The translations under genes and the position numbers were made by a program. Shown here one piece after another: positions 25,228 through 29,953 of a stretch of DNA of 29,953 nt. The first letter of the stretch is position 1; the number at the start of each line of letters is the position of its first letter. The DNA comes from a virus. Its lineage: Duplodnaviria > Caudoviricetes. The DNA is taken from positions 1 through 29,953 of IMG/VR virus record IMGVR_UViG_3300028633_000028. One strand, given 5' to 3'. The notes below the pieces were generated by a model. The model saw only the letters and a program-made list of their open reading frames with translations, was not told the origin of the DNA and ran no database searches.

Positions 25228-27166
25228 ATTTTGGCGCGGCCAGGGCCTGGACTAGCTGGTTCATCATCTCGACGTCGGCGTACTGGCCCCCTTCCGTGGA
25301 GGCGTTGACCACGACACGCTTCTGCTCAATCAGGCGGTAAATGTCGTCGTCTATGGTGCCACTGGCCAGAAGGTACCAGGCGTTCACGGCGTTCTGCTGG
25401 CCGATGCGGTGGCAACGGTCTTCAGCCTGGTCGTGCTCGGCGGGGTTCCACCCAAGTTCCAGGAAGGCGACATTGGAGGCGGCGGTGAGCGTAAGGCCCA
25501 GGCCCCCTACCTTGGTGTTCATGACGATGAGGCGGCTGGCGGGGTCGTTCTGGAAGGCGTCTACGGCCTTCTGGCGGGCGGCCAGGGGTGTCTCACCTGT
25601 AATGGGCGTGACGCCAAAGTGGGCGGCCACTCGGTGGACGATTTCCTGGTGAGTAGCGAACACGACCAGTTTCTGCTCGGTTTCCAGGAAGGAACCAATC
25701 CAGTCCAGGGCGGCGGCCAGTTTCCCGCGAGCACACAGTTGCTTCAGGCTCTCAATCTTGACAAGCTGTTCGGCCCTGGCGGCGGAAGCGGCGGCCATGG
25801 CCCCCTCTTTGGCGCTACCTGTGAGGGCGGTTACGTTGTCCTGGAGCCATTCCAGGAAGGCGGACACGGCCCGCTCATACTCCTCGCGGTTGTCAATCGG
25901 TACGGACAGGTTGGTTCTTTGCTTGGCTGGCAGTTCTGTCAGTACCTCGGCCTTGGTTCTGCGGACGTAACAGGTGGAGCGGAGCTTGTCGTTCAGTTCG
26001 GCCAGGTTGGCGGCGCCCGAAAAGTCCCATCCCCAGGAGCCTTGCTTGGCGTCACAGTACCGCTTGGCAAACCCCCAAAACCCTCCCAGGTCATCCAGGC
26101 GCCCCAGTATCTGTAGCTGGCTTATGAGTTCGTGGGGGCGGTTGAGTACAGGTGTGCCGGTGAGGGCCAACCGAATGGGGACTTTGTGGGCAATAGCTTT
26201 ACAAAAGGCGGTTCGTTGGGCTTTGTAGTTCTTGGCATAGTGGCTCTCGTCGAGCACAACGGCTTTTGGCTCCAGGTCGGAGCGGCGCGTTACCTTCCCA
26301 TCCTTGACGGTCACCATCTTGGAAAGAATGTCGTAGTTGACCACTATCACGTCTGCCAGGCGGTTCACTCCCCCGTTCCACACGGCCACGGTCTTACCTG
26401 GTAACCACTTCCGGGCCTCACGTTCCCAGTTGAGCTTCAACGAGGCGGGGCAAATAATGATGGCCGGGAAAGCGTCGGCAGCGGCCAGGGTTGCCAGGGC
26501 CTCCACGGTCTTGCCAAGACCCATCTCGTCACAAATGAAGGTGCGTTGAGCCTGTAAACAGTATTGAACCCCCGCGGTCTGAAACGGACGAAGGGTTCCC
26601 CCCAGTTGTGTTGCCGGTACCTGGGGAATGCTCAGGGAAGGTTCGGCGGCCTGGCTCAGTTCCTGTTGGGCCGCTTTGGTTTCCCGGGCCTGCTCCATCC
26701 CTTCTCGGGCCTGGGGGCTTACGGCAAAAGCGAACCGCTCGGCCAGGGCCAGTAGTGGGGGCACGTTCTCGGCGTCGGGTACAATCTCCCAAACCTTGGC
26801 GGTGGCGTTCCACTTGCGACCCTGCCGGGGAAGCTCACGAATCGCGGCTACCAGTGTGGCACTATACGGACAGGACAGGAGCACGGTACCATCGTCCCAG
26901 GTGAGGCGGCAGTTGTTTGCGTCGTCGGGAATGGTGGGCTGTGGAATGGCGGCGTAGTCAATGCCAGCACTGGCCAACTGAGCACGGTACTTCGCCAGGA
27001 GCTTCCAGACAGCAAGTGCTTGGCGTGGTGACCAGGTGGAGCAGTCGGCCATTTTGTGACCAAAGTCGCTATCGTAGGCGTTGAACCCAATGCCGTTCAG
27101 GGTACGAACACGGTCGGGGTCACGGCCAACCATCACGTTCAGGGCTTGTCTTAGCAGGTTGTCCAT
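25223..27166 (-). CDS. SNF2-family helicase/translocase, SMARCAL1/HARP-like, with N-terminal extensions
   Basis: LRPFQ, DEMGLGKT, ICPASLKLNW, VLDESHYAKN, LTGTPVLN, GLGLTLTAA and QAEDRCHRIGQ. The N-terminal PYSATLVAAIRELP...WNATAKVW is HARP-like. Confidence 0.92.
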   Translation of the reverse strand: MDNLLRQALNVMVGRDPDRVRTLNGIGFNAYDSDFGHKMADCSTWSPRQALAVWKLLAKYRAQLASAGIDYAAIPQPTIPDDANNCRLTWDDGTVLLSCPYSATLVAAIRELPRQGRKWNATAKVWEIVPDAENVPPLLALAERFAFAVSPQAREGMEQARETKAAQQELSQAAEPSLSIPQVPATQLGGTLRPFQTAGVQYCLQAQRTFICDEMGLGKTVEALATLAAADAFPAIIICPASLKLNWEREARKWLPGKTVAVWNGGVNRLADVIVVNYDILSKMVTVKDGKVTRRSDLEPKAVVLDESHYAKNYKAQRTAFCKAIAHKVPIRLALTGTPVLNRPHELISQLQILGRLDDLGGFWGFAKRYCDAKQGSWGWDFSGAANLAELNDKLRSTCYVRRTKAEVLTELPAKQRTNLSVPIDNREEYERAVSAFLEWLQDNVTALTGSAKEGAMAAASAARAEQLVKIESLKQLCARGKLAAALDWIGSFLETEQKLVVFATHQEIVHRVAAHFGVTPITGETPLAARQKAVDAFQNDPASRLIVMNTKVGGLGLTLTAASNVAFLELGWNPAEHDQAEDRCHRIGQQNAVNAWYLLASGTIDDDIYRLIEQKRVVVNASTEGGQYADVEMMNQLVQALAAPKL

Positions 27167-27399
27167 TATGACCTGGCCTCGTCAACGAACTCGGCCTGTG
27201 TCCATCGGGCAAGGCTCCTGCCCACACTCCGGGCGGCGACTGGGTTGGGGTAGTAACGAACCTCGTCCACAACGCCATCCTTGACTATCGTAACGGCCCA
27301 CTCCTGGTGCGGGGTCATAATACGGGCAACCGGCTCAAAACACCTGCACTCCACAACGCTTACCTTCTCCGGGCCTGTTACCTTTACCTGGTTTGTCAT
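27166..27399 (-). CDS. Small hypothetical early protein
   Basis: 77 aa, RBS GGGGAG, with a TAATG overlap into the helicase. Confidence 0.7.
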   Translation of the reverse strand: MTNQVKVTGPEKVSVVECRCFEPVARIMTPHQEWAVTIVKDGVVDEVRYYPNPVAARSVGRSLARWTQAEFVDEARS

Positions 27400-27411
27400 T
27401 TTGTCTCCCCC

Positions 27412-27669
27412 TTAACCACGAAATCCGTTGGCCCAACGAAGCGCCTGGGCCATCGTCTTGAAGCTCGCCCCCCAGTTATAGTCGTCGTGGGGGCCACTGC
27501 TCAGTTGGTTGCTGTTCAGTCCCACGATGGTTGCCACTTTGTCATCGGTGCCGTTCCGGTACACGTCCAGAATGGCATAACCCTTCTTGCCACAAGCGCG
27601 GCCACTGTGCGGAAAGTGTACCTGGAACCCCTGCTTCTCCATCTTTGCTACCGCCGTGGTGAACTTCAT
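27412..27669 (-). CDS. Small hypothetical early protein
   Basis: 85 aa, the first gene after the 27.7-kb promoter. Confidence 0.7.
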   Translation of the reverse strand: MKFTTAVAKMEKQGFQVHFPHSGRACGKKGYAILDVYRNGTDDKVATIVGLNSNQLSSGPHDDYNWGASFKTMAQALRWANGFRG

Positions 27670-27697
27670 TGTCTTTCCCCCCGCTCAAGTATGACCG

Positions 27698-27726
27698 AGT
27701 GTACCATCTATACGGGGTTTTGTCAA
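27698..27726 (-). promoter_or_regulatory. Near-consensus sigma70-type promoter with extended -10
   Basis: On the minus strand: TTGACA (27726-27721), 17 bp ending TGG, TACACT (27703-27698). Confidence 0.85.
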
Positions 27727-27753
27727 GGGGTTTTGGTGCAAAAATAGTAGACA

Positions 27754-27774
27754 TTTGGTTACAGTTTGGTTACA
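27754..27774. promoter_or_regulatory. Tandem TTTGGTTACA boxes with 11-bp period
   Basis: TTTGGTTACA occurs at 27754 and 27765. Confidence 0.65.
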
Positions 27775-27782
27775 AGTGGGGT

Positions 27783-27811
27783 GGAGTGGGGAGGGACAAG
27801 CTCCCCACTCC
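27783..27811. terminator. Perfect 11-bp stem-loop upstream of the promoter
   Basis: GGAGTGGGGAG-ggacaag-CTCCCCACTCC, with no clear U-tract. Confidence 0.5.
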
Positions 27812-27906
27812 TGGGGGAAAGACGCGGGTTACCAGCCCGCAGGGGCGAAGAGGATTCGGCCCCCCTGGTGCGTCCGGCAGGTGCCAGGCGCACACGGGGA
27901 ACAAAA

Positions 27907-28119
27907 TCAGTCGGCTATAAACTTGGGGTTATAGACGCACTCCCCCAACACGTTCGTAACACAAGCAACCGGTTCGAACCACTTGCCGCTTTTGAACCCA
28001 TTGTGTCCCAAAGCCCTTGCGGTTTTGGTCGCGTCGTTAAAATGGGCGTGGCGGCTCAGGACTTTGTCGGTTCCCCATTCTACCACAGAAAACGGCTCGG
28101 CCTCAATTGCCCTTACCAC
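27907..28119 (-). CDS. Small hypothetical protein
   Basis: GGAGG precedes GTG 28119, which overlaps the stop of the hydrolase gene. Confidence 0.55.
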   Translation of the reverse strand: MVRAIEAEPFSVVEWGTDKVLSRHAHFNDATKTARALGHNGFKSGKWFEPVACVTNVLGECVYNPKFIAD

Positions 28120-29450
28120 TTGACAACCTCCACATTTTCCCAGTCCCCGTAGAAGCACCAGACAATGCCCAGGGCGTACTCCTGCCAAAGTATGGTCTTT
28201 CCTGAGCCACTGAGCTTTGCTTCCTTCTCCGGCCCCAGGGGCGCCCCCAGGTTCTCGGTCTGTGCTTTCTTGTACAGGGCAGCACCTGGGTTGAACTGTA
28301 CTCCCCGGCTCTCCCAGGAGCGAAGTCGTACCCCCCTGGAGATAGCATCGGGAGTTTCAACCGGTACGGTTGGTTGCCCCTGTGCGGGTGGAGCAGGTGG
28401 CGCAACTTTCATCGCCTCAACCACGGGCAGGGTTCTGTCCTTCTGTACCCAGGCGTTTTCCTCCCAGTCTCCCTTGCCCCCGGCGGCCCGGTCGCACAGG
28501 AGCCAGGACGCGAGACAGAAGTACCAGGGTGGCGTCTGTAGTTCGACCCAGTTGTACATCGCCACGGTACCCTCGGCCTGTTCCTTGTCACCGTAACCAG
28601 GGTATCCGGCGTCCTCCTGGTACCAGTCCTTCTTCGGTGGTATACCCCCCTCGGTGGCGAGAATGGGCACGTGAACGCCGAACGTTTTTGAGAACAGGTT
28701 GTCCAGGGCACGCCAACCGGTAACGCCATTGTCATAGTCCATCACGGTAACACCTGGTTCCCTGGCCTGGGCGATGGGGTCATTGGGGTACTCAAAATGC
28801 CAAACCCCCTTCTCGTCCCGGTACCAGTGGTTCAGTGCGTAGTCGTGCACGGCCAAACCCAAACCCTCGTTGATGAGCAGGCCCATCTCCGTGAACCGGT
28901 TCTGTTTGAGCCAGGCGATAGCTCGAGAGTGCCAGGGAATGCTCCCGCTTTCCTTGTGGTGACCGCACGGGGCCAACGGTGGGAAAAGGGGAATGCCCCC
29001 CTGGTAACAGATGGCCAGGGCGTCCTCTACCCAGTCAACCATCACGGCTTCGGGGTTTCCCCCTGGCACCCAGTGACCGTCCTTCCATTCCCCGGGCAGG
29101 TTTGGTTCGTTGTTTGGTTGAAAGTACCGCACGCCAGCACGAATGAGCACCTTCACGGCCGCAAGCTCGTCTTGGCTCAACCGTCCGGGGTTGGGGACAC
29201 CACGGTAGTTCCGCACAATGGGAACGATACCCCTGGCCAACAGGGCCTCACAAGTCTCCTGACTGCTCGTTCTTCCATCACGGCCTACGCCTCCGCGGTC
29301 GAGCACGACGGCCCATCCAATGTGCATTTGAACGAGCAGGTCAACCCACGATGCCAGGGCAACACCGGTGGGGTGCTCCAGCAGGGGCCACAGGTGTATG
29401 CCCCTCTTGGTTCCACTTGCGGGACGCGGGAAACTGCTAAGTGCTCTCAT
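28113..29450 (-). CDS. Clan GH-A-like TIM-barrel glycoside hydrolase with Pro-rich linker and C-terminal domain; candidate endolysin
   Basis: YFQPNNEPNL (acid/base Glu), LAVHDY and PILATEGG (nucleophile Glu). A linker APPAPPAQGQPTVP precedes a domain FNPGAALYKKA...LGAPL...QEYALGIV...GDWENV. ATGA overlap at 29450. Confidence 0.7.
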   Translation of the reverse strand: MRALSSFPRPASGTKRGIHLWPLLEHPTGVALASWVDLLVQMHIGWAVVLDRGGVGRDGRTSSQETCEALLARGIVPIVRNYRGVPNPGRLSQDELAAVKVLIRAGVRYFQPNNEPNLPGEWKDGHWVPGGNPEAVMVDWVEDALAICYQGGIPLFPPLAPCGHHKESGSIPWHSRAIAWLKQNRFTEMGLLINEGLGLAVHDYALNHWYRDEKGVWHFEYPNDPIAQAREPGVTVMDYDNGVTGWRALDNLFSKTFGVHVPILATEGGIPPKKDWYQEDAGYPGYGDKEQAEGTVAMYNWVELQTPPWYFCLASWLLCDRAAGGKGDWEENAWVQKDRTLPVVEAMKVAPPAPPAQGQPTVPVETPDAISRGVRLRSWESRGVQFNPGAALYKKAQTENLGAPLGPEKEAKLSGSGKTILWQEYALGIVWCFYGDWENVEVVKW

Positions 29451-29953
29451 TTCTTTCCTCCTAGTATCCTTGACATTTGCTCCCATCCTGAGACACGTCG
29501 TACCAGGTCATCGGTTACGGCCTGAGCGTTCCAGGGCTGGGTGAACAGGTAGGCGTAGCGGCCAGTCTTGGCCCAGGCCTCGCAGTTCTCCCATCTGTCG
29601 TCAATCAATATGTCGGCCCGGACGGCTGGCTTTACATCCGCGAACACCATGGGCCATCGGAAGCCATGGTTCAGTAGCCAGTAGCGTGTCGCCCTCTCTA
29701 CGTGGGGCGGGCGGGCGGTCACAATGACTATCTTCATCGTTTGGTAAATGTCAAGCAGGGCGTCCCTGGCCCCTGGTACGACGGGAACCCTTTGCACATT
29801 CTCAGGGGTGGCCATGAACCGCTCTATCTCTTTGCCAACGGAAAAGGCCCCGCTCTTGTAGTTCCAGTTCGTGACATGTCTCTCTTCCACGGTTACGCCA
29901 GTACGCTTCCGGAAGTCGCTCAGCACAGGGGTGAGCAGTTGCCCCAGGACGCC
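29447..29953 (-). CDS. HAD-family 5'(3')-deoxyribonucleotidase (NT5C-like), truncated at the window edge
   Basis: The frame is open to the window end and begins GVL (tail of DxDGVL). It contains PGARDAL, IVTARP, LIDDRWEN and LFTQPWN. Confidence 0.85.
   Translation of the reverse strand, partial: GVLGQLLTPVLSDFRKRTGVTVEERHVTNWNYKSGAFSVGKEIERFMATPENVQRVPVVPGARDALLDIYQTMKIVIVTARPPHVERATRYWLLNHGFRWPMVFADVKPAVRADILIDDRWENCEAWAKTGRYAYLFTQPWNAQAVTDDLVRRVSGWEQMSRILGGKK

Noticed and set aside
24030-27166. A complete phage-encoded restriction-like defence system (DUF1156 + small gene + SNF2)
   Set aside because: The methylase is a 46-aa stub and the ATPase is only a C-terminal remnant. The SNF2 gene lies outside the insert, lacks GATC like the rest of the phage, and is separated from it by a promoter.
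27783-27900. tRNA gene
   Set aside because: I could not build a cloverleaf with acceptor stem and T-loop consensus.
1-29953. Alternative genetic code or stop-codon reassignment
   Set aside because: Genes tile densely under the standard code, and TAA, TAG and TGA all act as stops.

Overview
This window is a 30-kb piece of a GC-rich tailed phage or prophage with siphovirus-like, HK97-type architecture. The host is possibly Chloroflexi, which is an inference. The + strand from 1 to 21935 is the virion and lysis module: portal-MuF fusion, prohead protease, major capsid, accessory head proteins, adaptor, neck, tail terminator, an inserted methyltransferase-glycosyltransferase fusion, tail tube, a tail chaperone with a -1 frameshift, a 1496-aa tape measure, minor tail proteins, a metallophosphoesterase and holin-like genes. 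The - strand from about 21860 to 29953 carries small early-type genes, an SNF2/SMARCAL1-like helicase, a clan GH-A glycoside hydrolase and a 5'-nucleotidase. Two near-consensus sigma70 promoters with shared repeats drive part of this arm. The main finding is a 954-bp, circularly permuted piece of a bacterial DUF499 / small gene / DUF1156 restriction-like defence operon. It is integrated through a 12/13-bp microhomology into the first gene behind a perfect TTGACA-17-TATAAT promoter. Only the small defence subunit is intact, making it a candidate captured anti-defence gene. The only GATC I found in the whole window lies inside this insert. Family names come from motif recognition and gene order, not from database searches.
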